Shown here piece by piece: positions 27,907 to 37,539 of a stretch of 64,000 nt of DNA. The notes beneath the pieces were generated by a model. The model was not told where the DNA came from. It was given only the letters and a program-made list of their open reading frames with translations, and searched no databases. Position 1 is the first letter of the stretch. Every line of letters starts with the position of its first letter. Position numbers and translations under genes: made by a program. The stretch comes from Clostridiaceae bacterium (GTDB lineage: Bacteria > Bacillota > Clostridia > Saccharofermentanales > DTU023): the NCBI GenBank assembly GCA_012841145.1, contig DUVH01000015.1, forward strand, positions 37,237 to 101,236. The letters run 5' to 3'.

Positions 27907-28437
27907 ATGATTGGAAAACATATCGGAAAGTTTCTGATACAGGGCGAAGATCCGCTGATGATCAATGCCGATCAGTGCGCCACAGTCAGAACGGAAAATA
28001 CACTGCTTCACGCGTTGCTGCTGTTGTCCAGTGTCGGTTTCACATCAGTCCCCGTATTAGACGAATCTTCTCGCGTCGCCGGCATTATCACGATGCCTGC
28101 CATCATCAACGGCTTACTCGATAATGAAGACTACAACTGGGATCTTCTACCTGTTCTAAAAGTAAAAGACGTCATGACGACAAATGTCCCGCTCGTCTAT
28201 CGAGACTCGCCCTTTGAGGACATCCTCCGTGTCCTGGTCAACACTAACTACCTCTGCGTCACGGAACGAGATAAAAGTTTCCTCGGCATTATCGCAAGAA
28301 AACAATTGCTGACGCGCGTCAACAGGCTGGCACACGAGTTCGAAGTAGTTTACGAAGTCAGAGAACGTAAAAATGACGGAGTCGAGAACCTACCGCTGCA
28401 TGCAACAGCAGGAAACAATTGTCGGATTACTTTTTAA
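27907..28437 (+). CDS. CBS-domain pair protein (CbpB/YkuL-like)
   Basis: The ATG at 27907 follows AAAGGA. Two CBS modules are present (FTSVPVLDESSRVAGIITMPAIINGL; NYLCVTERDKSFLGIIARKQLL). Confidence 0.75.
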   Translation: MIGKHIGKFLIQGEDPLMINADQCATVRTENTLLHALLLLSSVGFTSVPVLDESSRVAGIITMPAIINGLLDNEDYNWDLLPVLKVKDVMTTNVPLVYRDSPFEDILRVLVNTNYLCVTERDKSFLGIIARKQLLTRVNRLAHEFEVVYEVRERKNDGVENLPLHATAGNNCRITF

Positions 28438-28459
28438 GGTTAAATATTTTCTGTGCATG

Positions 28460-28491
28460 AAAACAGCCGGAGCGCGGCTCCGGCTGTTTTT
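28460..28491. terminator. bidirectional rho-independent terminator (CBS gene / gcvPB convergent)
   Basis: AAAACAGCCGGAGC - gcg - GCTCCGGCTGTTTTT: a perfect stem flanked by an A-run and a T-run. Confidence 0.85.
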
Positions 28492-28540
28492 AATTTGCCT
28501 TTAAGCTGTGTGGACGAGATGTCGTCAAACGACTCTCAGA

Positions 28541-29995
28541 CTAGCCTGCCAAAATCGGATCTCTGGCAGCGGCAGTCTCGTCGGGTCTTGCGATCGGCGT
28601 ATAGCGCGGTGCGCCCTTCAAGAGTTCAGGATCTTCCTTCGCCTCCTCCGCGATCTTGATGAAAGCATCAGCGAGAGCGTCGAGGTCACGCCACGTCTCC
28701 GTTTCGGTCGGCTCGATCATGATCGCCTCCGCGACGACAAGCGGGAAGTACACGGTCGGCGGGTGGAATCCGTAATCGATCAGACGCTTGACGATGTCGA
28801 GCGTGTTGCAACCGCTTTCCTTCTTCTGCCACTCGCTTGTCATGACAAACTCATGCATGGATGGCGTGTCATACGGGATGTGGTAGTAATCCTTCAATCT
28901 CTCGCGGAGATAGGTGGAGTTCGCGACAGCGCCTTCCGAGACTTCGTAAAGACCTTCGGCACCGTTCGAGAGCATGTACGCATAAGTACGGACGAGAACG
29001 CCGAATGTACCGACAAAAGAACGGATCATGCCGAACGATTTCGGACGGTCAAAGTCGAGATAGTACATGTCGTCCTTTTTCGCGACGACAGGTCTCGGCA
29101 GATAGGGCTCCAACAGCTCGTTACAGCCGACAGGGCCGGCACCGGGACCGCCCCCGCCGTGAGGCGTCGAGAGAGTCTTATGAACGTTCCAGTGAACACA
29201 GTCGAATCCCATGTCACCGGGGCGGGCATGCATCATGATCGCGTTCATGTTCGCGCCGTCATAATAACAGAGTCCGCCGCAGTCGTGGATCATTCTCGTA
29301 ATCTTCTCGATGTTGCCGTCGTACAGGCCGAGCGTATTCGGGTTCGTCAGCATCAATCCGGCGACGTCATCACCGAGCGCCGCTTCCAATGATTCTAAAT
29401 CAACCGTACCGTACTCGTTCGATTTGACTTCGCGGACTTTATAACCAGCCATCGCCGCTGTCGCGGGATTCGTGCCGTGGGCAGCGTCGGGAACGATGAT
29501 CGTGTCGCGTTTCGTGTCGCCGCGATCTTCGTGGTACGCCTTGATCAGGAGGATACCTGCAAGTTCGCCGTGAGCGCCGGCCGCGGGTTGGAACGTATGG
29601 GCGGCCATACCGGTCACATCGTTCAGCATCTTTTCAAGGTGATAAAGCAGCTCGAGGTTGCCTTGAACCGTCTCATCCGGCTGCATGGGGTGTGTCGCCG
29701 CAAAGCCCGTTAAGGCGGACATATCCTCATTGACTTTCGGATTGTACTTCATCGTACATGAGCCGAGCGGATACGTGCCAACTTCGACGTGATAATTTTT
29801 CGATGAAAGATTCGTAAAGTGGCGCACAACGGAAATCTCGTCGACATCGGGGATGTTCGGTTTGCCTTCACGGTATGCATCACCGAACCACTCGGAAAAG
29901 TCAGGTTTCGGAACGTCCAAAGGACGAATGTACCGGCTTCCCTCGTTCGAAGTCGCAAGTTCAAAAATTAGTGGTGTTTCTTTATATCTTGACAT
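28541..29995 (-). CDS. gcvPB: glycine dehydrogenase (decarboxylating) subunit 2
   Basis: The ATG at 29995 (MSRYKETPLIFELA...) is 8-9 nt from GGGAGGG. Strong P-protein beta-subunit similarity throughout. Confidence 0.93.
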   Translation of the reverse strand: MSRYKETPLIFELATSNEGSRYIRPLDVPKPDFSEWFGDAYREGKPNIPDVDEISVVRHFTNLSSKNYHVEVGTYPLGSCTMKYNPKVNEDMSALTGFAATHPMQPDETVQGNLELLYHLEKMLNDVTGMAAHTFQPAAGAHGELAGILLIKAYHEDRGDTKRDTIIVPDAAHGTNPATAAMAGYKVREVKSNEYGTVDLESLEAALGDDVAGLMLTNPNTLGLYDGNIEKITRMIHDCGGLCYYDGANMNAIMMHARPGDMGFDCVHWNVHKTLSTPHGGGGPGAGPVGCNELLEPYLPRPVVAKKDDMYYLDFDRPKSFGMIRSFVGTFGVLVRTYAYMLSNGAEGLYEVSEGAVANSTYLRERLKDYYHIPYDTPSMHEFVMTSEWQKKESGCNTLDIVKRLIDYGFHPPTVYFPLVVAEAIMIEPTETETWRDLDALADAFIKIAEEAKEDPELLKGAPRYTPIARPDETAAARDPILAG

Positions 29996-30009
29996 AATCA
30001 TTTCCCTCC

Positions 30010-31347
30010 CTATGCATCGCAAAGACGAAGCATGGCCTCCGCAAAGCGGTCAAGCTGCTCTTTCGTCTTTTTCTCCGTCACGGCAATCAGCAACTTGTTG
30101 TCGTCGACGATGAGTCCGCCGATGATGCCTTCTTCGAGGAGCGCCTTGTTGAGCTTCTCGAGATCGACACCTTCTTTCGCCTCAATAAGGAATTCACGGA
30201 AGTATGGTTTGTCATAGACGAGTTTGAAGTGACCGTTTGCGGTCAGTTTCTTCTCAAGATAGATCGCCTTCGCCGCTGACTGTTCGGCAACGTCCAGCAA
30301 TCCCGATCCGCCTTGCAGCGCCAGCCAGATCGTGGCGGCAGTCGCAATCAGCGCCTGCGATGTGCAGATGTTCGATGTCGCGCGCTCACGGCGGATATGC
30401 TGCTCACGTGCTTGAATCGTAAGAACGTAACATGTTTTTCCATCGCGATCGACTGTCTGTCCGCAGATTCTTCCGGGCATCTTGCGCATCAACTTGTTTG
30501 TCACTGCCATATACCCGATACCGGGGCCGCCGTACGATGTCGGAATTCCGAGCGACTGGGCCTCACCGATAGCGATGTCGACACCGGCATCTCCGGGACG
30601 CTTCAACATCGCCAAACTGACGGGATCGGCGGAGACGACTGCCAGTGCGCCTACGGCGTGTGCTTTCTCAACCAGCAAATCGAGATCCTCGACAATACCG
30701 AAATAGTTCGGGCTCTGAATCATGAAACAGGCGAATTCCCTATTCGCATCGGGGTAAACAGTCTGTTGACCGTTTTCATCAATCTCACCGACGACGACTT
30801 CAATGTCTGCCGCGTGGCAATACGTCTGGACCGTTTCGAGTGTTTCAGGATGCATGCCGCCCGAAACGAACACTTTGTAACGGCGCTTGTCACGGCATGC
30901 GAGAAGCACGGCCTCGGCGGCGCCCGATGCGGCATCATAGAGCCCCGCGTTCGCGATAGGCATACCTGTCAGACGCGTAATGTAGCTTTGCCACTCGAAA
31001 TAAGCCTGAAGCGTACCCTGCGAGATTTCCGCCTGATAAGGCGTGTACGATGTCAGGAACTCGGATCTGTTGATAAGATGCTTAACGGCCGCCGGCTGGT
31101 AATGATCGTAATAACCGGCTCCGAGATAGCAGTCATATTTCGCTGTATTCAAGTTCTTGTCAGCTAACGCCTGAACGTGTTCGACGACTTCCATTTCCTT
31201 CATGCCTTTGTCAGCCAGCGCTTCATACTCTTCCACGCTGCACCTGTCACATTCAGGAATCATGTCAAACAGTTTATCGAGGTCGACGCCGACGGATGCA
31301 AGCATCCGGCGGCGTTCCTCACGGCTCATCGGAAGATAGCCGATCAT
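30010..31347 (-). CDS. gcvPA: glycine dehydrogenase (decarboxylating) subunit 1
   Basis: 445 aa (MIGYLPMSREERRRMLASVGV..., TSYTPYQAEISQGTLQ). Confidence 0.93.
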   Translation of the reverse strand: MIGYLPMSREERRRMLASVGVDLDKLFDMIPECDRCSVEEYEALADKGMKEMEVVEHVQALADKNLNTAKYDCYLGAGYYDHYQPAAVKHLINRSEFLTSYTPYQAEISQGTLQAYFEWQSYITRLTGMPIANAGLYDAASGAAEAVLLACRDKRRYKVFVSGGMHPETLETVQTYCHAADIEVVVGEIDENGQQTVYPDANREFACFMIQSPNYFGIVEDLDLLVEKAHAVGALAVVSADPVSLAMLKRPGDAGVDIAIGEAQSLGIPTSYGGPGIGYMAVTNKLMRKMPGRICGQTVDRDGKTCYVLTIQAREQHIRRERATSNICTSQALIATAATIWLALQGGSGLLDVAEQSAAKAIYLEKKLTANGHFKLVYDKPYFREFLIEAKEGVDLEKLNKALLEEGIIGGLIVDDNKLLIAVTEKKTKEQLDRFAEAMLRLCDA

Positions 31348-31349
31348 AA

Positions 31350-31712
31350 TTACTCCTCCTCACAGAATGCTTTGTATGCGTCTTCGTCGAGGAGTGCGTC
31401 GAGCTCGGCGGGATCCGCCATCTCGATCTTGACAAACCATGTGTCCCACGGTGCTTCGTTGATCAGTTCGGGTGCATCCTCGATCTCTTCGTTCGCTTCA
31501 ACGATTTCGCCGCTGATCGGTGCATAGAGATCCGATGCCGCCTTGACGGATTCCACGGTTCCGATGATGCCTTCGAGTTCAACAACAGTACCCTCCGGCT
31601 CGGCTTCCGCATATACGATCTCGCCCAATTGATCCTGTGCATAATCGGTCAATCCGATCGTTGCGATGTTTCCGTCAACTTTAATCCATTCATGTGTTTT
31701 GGCAAATTTCAT
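31350..31712 (-). CDS. gcvH: glycine cleavage system H protein
   Basis: The ATG at 31712 gives MKFAKTHEWIKVDG.... Lipoyl-lysine motif VESVKAASD is present. Confidence 0.93.
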   Translation of the reverse strand: MKFAKTHEWIKVDGNIATIGLTDYAQDQLGEIVYAEAEPEGTVVELEGIIGTVESVKAASDLYAPISGEIVEANEEIEDAPELINEAPWDTWFVKIEMADPAELDALLDEDAYKAFCEEE

Positions 31713-31834
31713 AATTCTGATTCCTTCCTGCATCTATTTCATTTGTATACCGGTTTCCGATACCGTCTCGAACCGGCTGTTTCATGGCACGAACATCAAA
31801 GAGCCGTGCCGAGATACCTGCTGTTCCGTGCCAA

Positions 31835-32944
31835 CTAGCCTACAAAAGGCGGTTTGACGACGGTGAAAGGCTGCATTTTCTTACGAACGAGCACTTCGAC
31901 GGCTTCAACTTCCGGCGTCTCAACATCTACTAGAGCAAACGCAATACCCTTCTCGAGCACGGGAGAGAACGTACCGGACGAAATAGCACCGATCTTTTTT
32001 CCGTCAAAATAGACTTCATAGCCTTCGCGCGGGATCACTTTCGTGTCGCTGACGAGCGCCAGTTGACGACGAGTGACTTTATCCTTCATCACGTCGCCTT
32101 GGAATTCGCGATCTTTATCGACGAAGAATCCCATACCGCCCTCCAGCGGACTGATCGTTGGCGACATCTCATGACCGTAAAGCGGCAACCCGGCCTCGAG
32201 GCGGAGCGTGTCGCGCGAACCGAGACCGCACGGCTCGATGCCGGCTTCCACGAAGATATCCCAGTAATAGCCTGTCTTATCGATGGGAATGTAGAGCTCA
32301 TAGCCGTTTTCACCCGTATAACCTGTACGCGAAATGATCATGGCGAGCTCTTCGCCTTCGACAGGAACCGTCATATCGCGGAAACGTCTGAGTCCTTCAA
32401 GCTGGGCACGCTGTTCTTCCGTCAGACCGAGTTTATCGGAAAGATCAAGAAGGACTGCGAGGCTCTCCGGTCCCTGAACAGCGATTTGACCGTAGAGATC
32501 TGATTCATCGATGATTTTGATGTCAGAAATATCGCGGTCGGGATACTTTTCCCCGTAGATCGGCAGACTGGTTTCGATATGGACGACGTCCTTATCCTTG
32601 TTAGCGGCATTAACGACGAGCAGATAATCTTCCTCACCTAAAGTGTAGACGAGAAGATCGTCGACCGTGCCTCCGTCAGCCGCACAAAGGATGGTGTATG
32701 TGATCTGATCAGGTTTTTTGCCTGTAACGCGACGCGTCATCAGCCAGTTGAGAAATTCTCCCGCACCTTGACCGCACACACGAACTTCACCCATATGCGA
32801 GACATCGAACATACCGACTTTGTTGCGGACGGCCAAGATTTCATTGCTGATGCCGGCATACTGCACAGGCATGTTCCAGCCCGCATACTCGACCATACGA
32901 GCGCCAAGATCGACATGGCGCTGATATAACGGTGTTTTCTTCAT
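31835..32944 (-). CDS. gcvT: aminomethyltransferase (glycine cleavage T protein)
   Basis: The ATG at 32944 follows GAGGAGG and gives MKKTPLYQRHVDLGARMVEYAGWNMPVQY. Confidence 0.93.
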   Translation of the reverse strand: MKKTPLYQRHVDLGARMVEYAGWNMPVQYAGISNEILAVRNKVGMFDVSHMGEVRVCGQGAGEFLNWLMTRRVTGKKPDQITYTILCAADGGTVDDLLVYTLGEEDYLLVVNAANKDKDVVHIETSLPIYGEKYPDRDISDIKIIDESDLYGQIAVQGPESLAVLLDLSDKLGLTEEQRAQLEGLRRFRDMTVPVEGEELAMIISRTGYTGENGYELYIPIDKTGYYWDIFVEAGIEPCGLGSRDTLRLEAGLPLYGHEMSPTISPLEGGMGFFVDKDREFQGDVMKDKVTRRQLALVSDTKVIPREGYEVYFDGKKIGAISSGTFSPVLEKGIAFALVDVETPEVEAVEVLVRKKMQPFTVVKPPFVG

Positions 32945-33084
32945 GTTTACCTCCTCTGAAAAATCAAGATTCATTTTGATTAGTTATCTACCTGTTATAT
33001 TAACATATGAGCACATGCATATGATACGCGGTATTACGATTAAACATGAAACTGCACATCGGACTTGAGCACAAAAGGCAGGGG

Positions 33085-33822
33085 TCATTCCCCGGAATAA
33101 TCAAGGCCGAATTTATGCTTGATGCGCGTGAGTTTTCTCGTCCACGAACCCAAAATCGGGACAAGGAAGATGACCGTGGCGAACGAATGTGCAAGATTGA
33201 AAAAGAAGCCAGACCCGTAAGCTGTGAGTGCCCCTTTCCATGTCAATGGCGATACAAAGCTGATAATATGCCAAGAATCCATGATCAGACCGAATAGGAG
33301 ACCCGATACGAAACCGTAGACATAGACAACCCAACGATTTCGAAACAAATCGCGGCTTTCCATAACGCCCGATAAGTAACCGATAAGCCCCCATGCGAAC
33401 ATCTGCCACGGCGTCCACGGTCCCTGTCCCATAAACATATTCGACGCGAGCGCCGTAAGCGCTCCCGTAAGATATCCGCTCCGTCTGCCGAAAGCGATCC
33501 CCGTCACGATCACGATGGCGGATACGGGCTTCACATGCGGGATGGGAGTGAAGAGAATTCTCCCGCCGGTTGCAAGAGCCGACATGACCACAATAGGAAG
33601 GATATGGCGCGGTTTCGGGCGTGATTTTTCAAAATTGATAAAGAACGGAATATTGGCGAGGATCGCTGCCAACAACGTCAAAAGAGCAGTCTGTTCGACC
33701 TCGTAATAGACGCAGAGGAACATAAGGATCGGTAAAGCGATCAGCGTAACCCTCTCGATGATCCTTCCCGTATCGATTGAACGTTTATCCGATGCCATCA
33801 CAAGGCTCCTCTTGAGCGACAT
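33085..33822 (-). CDS. ECF-transporter substrate-capture (S) component, substrate presumed corrinoid
   Basis: 245 aa, ~6 TM helices. Last gene of the riboswitch-led operon. Its start overlaps the ATPase gene (alternative ATG at 33798). Confidence 0.65.
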   Translation of the reverse strand: MSLKRSLVMASDKRSIDTGRIIERVTLIALPILMFLCVYYEVEQTALLTLLAAILANIPFFINFEKSRPKPRHILPIVVMSALATGGRILFTPIPHVKPVSAIVIVTGIAFGRRSGYLTGALTALASNMFMGQGPWTPWQMFAWGLIGYLSGVMESRDLFRNRWVVYVYGFVSGLLFGLIMDSWHIISFVSPLTWKGALTAYGSGFFFNLAHSFATVIFLVPILGSWTRKLTRIKHKFGLDYSGE

Positions 33823-35578
33823 TGAAAACTCGGTCGAATCCGCCTATCGCCACAACGGGATTCATGATTCCGCGCGTCACGCGAAAGGCATCGGTCGTGT
33901 AGAAAGCGTTATCTCGAAAAAACGATGATGTCTCATCTTTTGCCACGATACGTCCGTCAAAGATTAACGAACACTCGTCGGCGATATCTGCAGAAAATTC
34001 GAGATCGTGTGTGACAACGAGCAGCGTCATCGCTCGATCACGAAGGCGATTAAAGATCTCAGCGATCTCACGTTTATTCACGGCATCGAGTCCTTTGACA
34101 GGCTCATCGAGCAAAAGGACATCAGGCTCCAAGAGCAAAATCTTTGCGAGCGCACCCTTCTGCATCTCGCCTCCGCTCAAATCGTAGGGATGACGCTCTA
34201 AAAGATGGATCAGACCGAGACTGTCCGCGACGTCCAATACGCGTTGCTCATCATAGTTTCCTAGAGAACGATGTTCCATCAAATCGTCCATGAGTGTATC
34301 GCGAGCAAAGACTGCTTGAGGATTCTGCGTAAGGAGACTGACTTTGACATTAGGAGCGCGCACAATTTTGCCGTACTGCGCTCTCAAGACGCCCGCAAGA
34401 AGATAGAGCAACGTGCTCTTGCCGCTGCCGTTGCCTCCGACAAGCGCGTGAATCGTACCGCGGTAGAGTTCGAAATTCAAGTCCTCCAGAACAAACGGCG
34501 TTTCACTCCTGTAACGAAACGAGAGTCGCTTCACTTGAAGAAGAGGCTTTTCTCTTGATTTGCATTCCTGTAATCTGCTGACTGCGGCACAACAGTCCTC
34601 TGTGGTGCTAACGTGATGTTGTGATGATGTACGGCTATTAATTGCTATGTTCGTTTGACTGCCGCATTTTTCGCCGCCGCTACTTTCATCAGCACTTTTG
34701 GGAAACGACATACGGGACAACTGTACTCTCGCTTCCTGTACGGAGAGCGGAAGCGCGCAATTCTCGCTTTTCAGCGCTCCTTTCGATTCTTCAAGAGCTT
34801 GACGTGCTCTCCAAACAATCTGCGTTGCCGCGGGCAATGCGTATTTGAACGGCTTATCGCTCTCGAGAAGATGCAATGCAAAATCGTACGGTGTTCCGGA
34901 AAAGGAGATTCGTCCGTCCTCCAGATACAACACATCGCTCGCCATTGGGAGCACATCGCCCATCCTATGCTCCGACATAATGATCGTCGTGCCGATTTCA
35001 CGGTGAACGCGTTGCAACATGTTGAGAAGATGCTTGATCGCCACCGGATCGAGTTGAGCCGTCGGTTCATCGAGGATGAGAACGTGCGGGTGCATGATGA
35101 GAGCCGACGCAAGATTGAGAATCTGCTTCTCCCCTCCGGACAGCTCACTGACTTTCTTGTGGATCCAGTTCGATATTCCGAAGAAGTGCGCCGTCTCCGC
35201 GATGCGGCGCTCGATCAGTTCAGGCGACAGCCCGCTATTCTCAAGCCCGAAAGCCAACTCATGCCAGACGACATCCATGACGATCTGGTTTGTCGGGTTC
35301 TGCATGACAAAAGCAATATCGAGAAAAGAATGATGTCCCGATGAACCGTGCGGAACATCGCCATTGAAATGAATGGTGCCTTCTCTTTCTCCGTGCGGCG
35401 CAAGCTCAGGCTTTAGACATCGCAAGAGTGTCGTCTTTCCGCTCCCGCTCGGACCCGCGACAACAGTAAAAGAGCCGGGCGCGACAGAGAAAGAGACACC
35501 GTCAACGGCTTTCTTGTCACTTCCGGGATAGCGGAAACTGAAGTCCTTAATCACGATGCCGCCCGATCCGATCATCAT
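33785..35578 (-). CDS. fused ECF-transporter ATPase (EcfA-EcfA' duplicated ABC ATPase)
   Basis: 597 aa. Two Walker A sites (GPSGSGKTT, GGNGSGKST) and two signature motifs (LSGGEKQ, LSGGEMQ), joined by an S/T-rich linker. Confidence 0.9.
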   Translation of the reverse strand: MMIGSGGIVIKDFSFRYPGSDKKAVDGVSFSVAPGSFTVVAGPSGSGKTTLLRCLKPELAPHGEREGTIHFNGDVPHGSSGHHSFLDIAFVMQNPTNQIVMDVVWHELAFGLENSGLSPELIERRIAETAHFFGISNWIHKKVSELSGGEKQILNLASALIMHPHVLILDEPTAQLDPVAIKHLLNMLQRVHREIGTTIIMSEHRMGDVLPMASDVLYLEDGRISFSGTPYDFALHLLESDKPFKYALPAATQIVWRARQALEESKGALKSENCALPLSVQEARVQLSRMSFPKSADESSGGEKCGSQTNIAINSRTSSQHHVSTTEDCCAAVSRLQECKSREKPLLQVKRLSFRYRSETPFVLEDLNFELYRGTIHALVGGNGSGKSTLLYLLAGVLRAQYGKIVRAPNVKVSLLTQNPQAVFARDTLMDDLMEHRSLGNYDEQRVLDVADSLGLIHLLERHPYDLSGGEMQKGALAKILLLEPDVLLLDEPVKGLDAVNKREIAEIFNRLRDRAMTLLVVTHDLEFSADIADECSLIFDGRIVAKDETSSFFRDNAFYTTDAFRVTRGIMNPVVAIGGFDRVFNVAQEEPCDGIG

Positions 35579-36579
35579 GAATTATCCCTCTTTCTCTCAT
35601 CGATCACGACGCATGAAGCCAACCTCCACCGCCCGGCATCGTGACGGCGCGGCAGCATCGCCGCGACATACGGACTGATCTCATCTGATGAACGATGGCG
35701 CCTGAGACATAGCTCATCACGAAACCATTCACCTAAATCCAGCAGGAGCGGAAGCGCCCCCAACGTTGCGAAAGCACATACGAGGACGTAAAGGCGTCCG
35801 CCTTGCAGAGCGCGTGAGGGAACGTACCACTCAGGATAAAAGAGAAAAGCCGCCCCCCCCATGGCGATACCGACGACAGCCAAACAGGTCAGTAGAACAG
35901 TCAGCAAAACAGGCAACACATCGCGCTGCATCCAACGGACGCGCGCATAAGGTCGGCGAAGTCCCGACTGGTAACCTTTTGCTCTCATCGCGTCGGCCGT
36001 CTCTATGGCGTTTTCCATACTCCATGCCATGAGAATCGAAGCGAGACGAACCGCACGCGTTACCTTCGCTTTTCGTTGTCGATCATCTGAACCGAGCAGA
36101 GCCCGCTGACTCATATCGATCTCCCGTCCGTGTCGAATCGTATCGGGGATATAACGAAAAATCATCGATACCATCATGCTGATCACTGGCAATCGTTTCC
36201 CCAGCATCGCAAGAAAGCGACCGTTATCCATCAAGTCACTGTAACAGGAAAACCAAAACAGCACTGAAAGAAGTGTCAGCCCTGAGATAAATCCGTAAAG
36301 TAATGCTTCCAAGGAGAATGACCTTCGACCGATCGTAAACAGCACCGTCATGCCGCGATCATTCGCTACGGCATTGAAACAAGTGATAAACACAAGCATC
36401 GGCAGGATGTAGAGCAGCGATTTCAATGTTTTGACAACACCCGTCAAGCGCCATCTCATAAAAACTGCGAAAAGAAACGAAATGCCCGCGATCACAGGGT
36501 GGCGAACAAGCATCGTCACCAACAGCACGGCGGCAAAATAAAGGAAGATGACTGTAGGATGATAGCGTTTCAGGGCCAA
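35575..36579 (-). CDS. ECF-transporter transmembrane (T) component (EcfT/CbiQ family)
   Basis: 334 aa polytopic protein (YHPTVIFLYFAAVLLV...). 4-nt overlap with the ATPase gene. Confidence 0.8.
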   Translation of the reverse strand: MALKRYHPTVIFLYFAAVLLVTMLVRHPVIAGISFLFAVFMRWRLTGVVKTLKSLLYILPMLVFITCFNAVANDRGMTVLFTIGRRSFSLEALLYGFISGLTLLSVLFWFSCYSDLMDNGRFLAMLGKRLPVISMMVSMIFRYIPDTIRHGREIDMSQRALLGSDDRQRKAKVTRAVRLASILMAWSMENAIETADAMRAKGYQSGLRRPYARVRWMQRDVLPVLLTVLLTCLAVVGIAMGGAAFLFYPEWYVPSRALQGGRLYVLVCAFATLGALPLLLDLGEWFRDELCLRRHRSSDEISPYVAAMLPRRHDAGRWRLASCVVIDERKRDNS

Positions 36580-36611
36580 CGGTCTTCGAACTCCCTTTCT
36601 GAGGCTTGACG

Positions 36612-37427
36612 TTACTTGACGTCACCTTTCTCAATCGTGTACCCCCAGTGTACGACATCGCCGTCATTCAGAATACATTGACCGGCACCTTTCATCACAA
36701 AGACGCCGTTGACGAGATAGACCCATCCGCTGTAAGATCCGCCCTCTTTTTCAGCGAGTCCTCCGATCGCCACAATATAACCGGGATTGAATGCGCTGAC
36801 CTTAACATCCAAGGGAAGCGAAAGCAAGGCATCGTACACAGTCGTATCGCGTGGAAACGAAGCTGTCTTTTTGAGCATATGACCGTCGGCCGAGCATAGA
36901 TTTTTCTCAATCATATAATCGATCTTATCCTCAAGACCGGAAAACTCTTTTTTGCGAAGAACGGCGTTGCGGCACTCGACGACAAACGTAACGGTGATCT
37001 TATCTGATACAGTTGTCGGCGGCGGCGTTGTCGACCGACTAGTCGACGTCGTTACCGTCGTGACGCGACGCGTCGTTTTGGTGACACGGCTTGTTGTCGT
37101 CTTGGCAGTACGGCTTGCAGGCGACTGTGTTGTCGTACCGGACGTCGACGTACCGGATGAAGTCTCCTCTGTCGCCGTACTCTCAGCCGGCAGCTCGCTA
37201 TCAGTCAGCTTATCTGATGCGCCGTATAAAACAGGTGTACTGGAGGAAGTGTCGGAAGGCGAATCTGACGTGCTCAACGTCGGTTCGGCGAGACTGCTTG
37301 TCGCAGGATCCACGCTCTCGATCACAGGCGGCGCACACGCGACGCAGCTTATGACCAGCAGACAGGCCAGAACTAAGACGACCCGCCGAAGCGTGGTTTC
37401 AGTTTTTTGCTTGCTGTACTTCAACAT
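36612..37427 (-). CDS. lipoprotein with S/T-rich linker and C-terminal DUF4430 (transcobalamin-like beta) domain
   Basis: 271 aa. Signal peptide with Cys lipobox (LLVISCVAC), ~120 aa S/T/P-rich linker, then a DUF4430-like domain (ITVTFVVE...GWVYLVNGVFVMKGAGQCILNDGDVVHWGY). Confidence 0.7.
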   Translation of the reverse strand: MLKYSKQKTETTLRRVVLVLACLLVISCVACAPPVIESVDPATSSLAEPTLSTSDSPSDTSSSTPVLYGASDKLTDSELPAESTATEETSSGTSTSGTTTQSPASRTAKTTTSRVTKTTRRVTTVTTSTSRSTTPPPTTVSDKITVTFVVECRNAVLRKKEFSGLEDKIDYMIEKNLCSADGHMLKKTASFPRDTTVYDALLSLPLDVKVSAFNPGYIVAIGGLAEKEGGSYSGWVYLVNGVFVMKGAGQCILNDGDVVHWGYTIEKGDVK

Positions 37428-37539
37428 CTCTATTATTTACCGCGATGCATGGCAAGATAGCCGCAAGGCCTGCGCGCGTCCGGCATGAAAGCCGGACGAG
37501 GCGCAAGCCTGTCACACAGTTAATAGCGGTTATAAACTA

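Noticed and set aside
28508-29392. 294-aa plus-strand ORF
   Set aside because: It is antisense to gcvPB, which has unmistakable P-protein similarity. The ORF has an R/D/V-rich composition and no RBS, which is a typical antisense-frame artefact in GC-rich coding DNA.
30313-31167. 284-aa plus-strand ORF
   Set aside because: It is antisense to gcvPA, for the same reasoning as above.
32945-33084. Possible glycine riboswitch upstream of gcvT
   Set aside because: I read the minus strand and found none of the conserved glycine-aptamer elements (GGAGAG...CACCG...CTCTGGAGAG). At 140 nt the region is also too short for a tandem aptamer.
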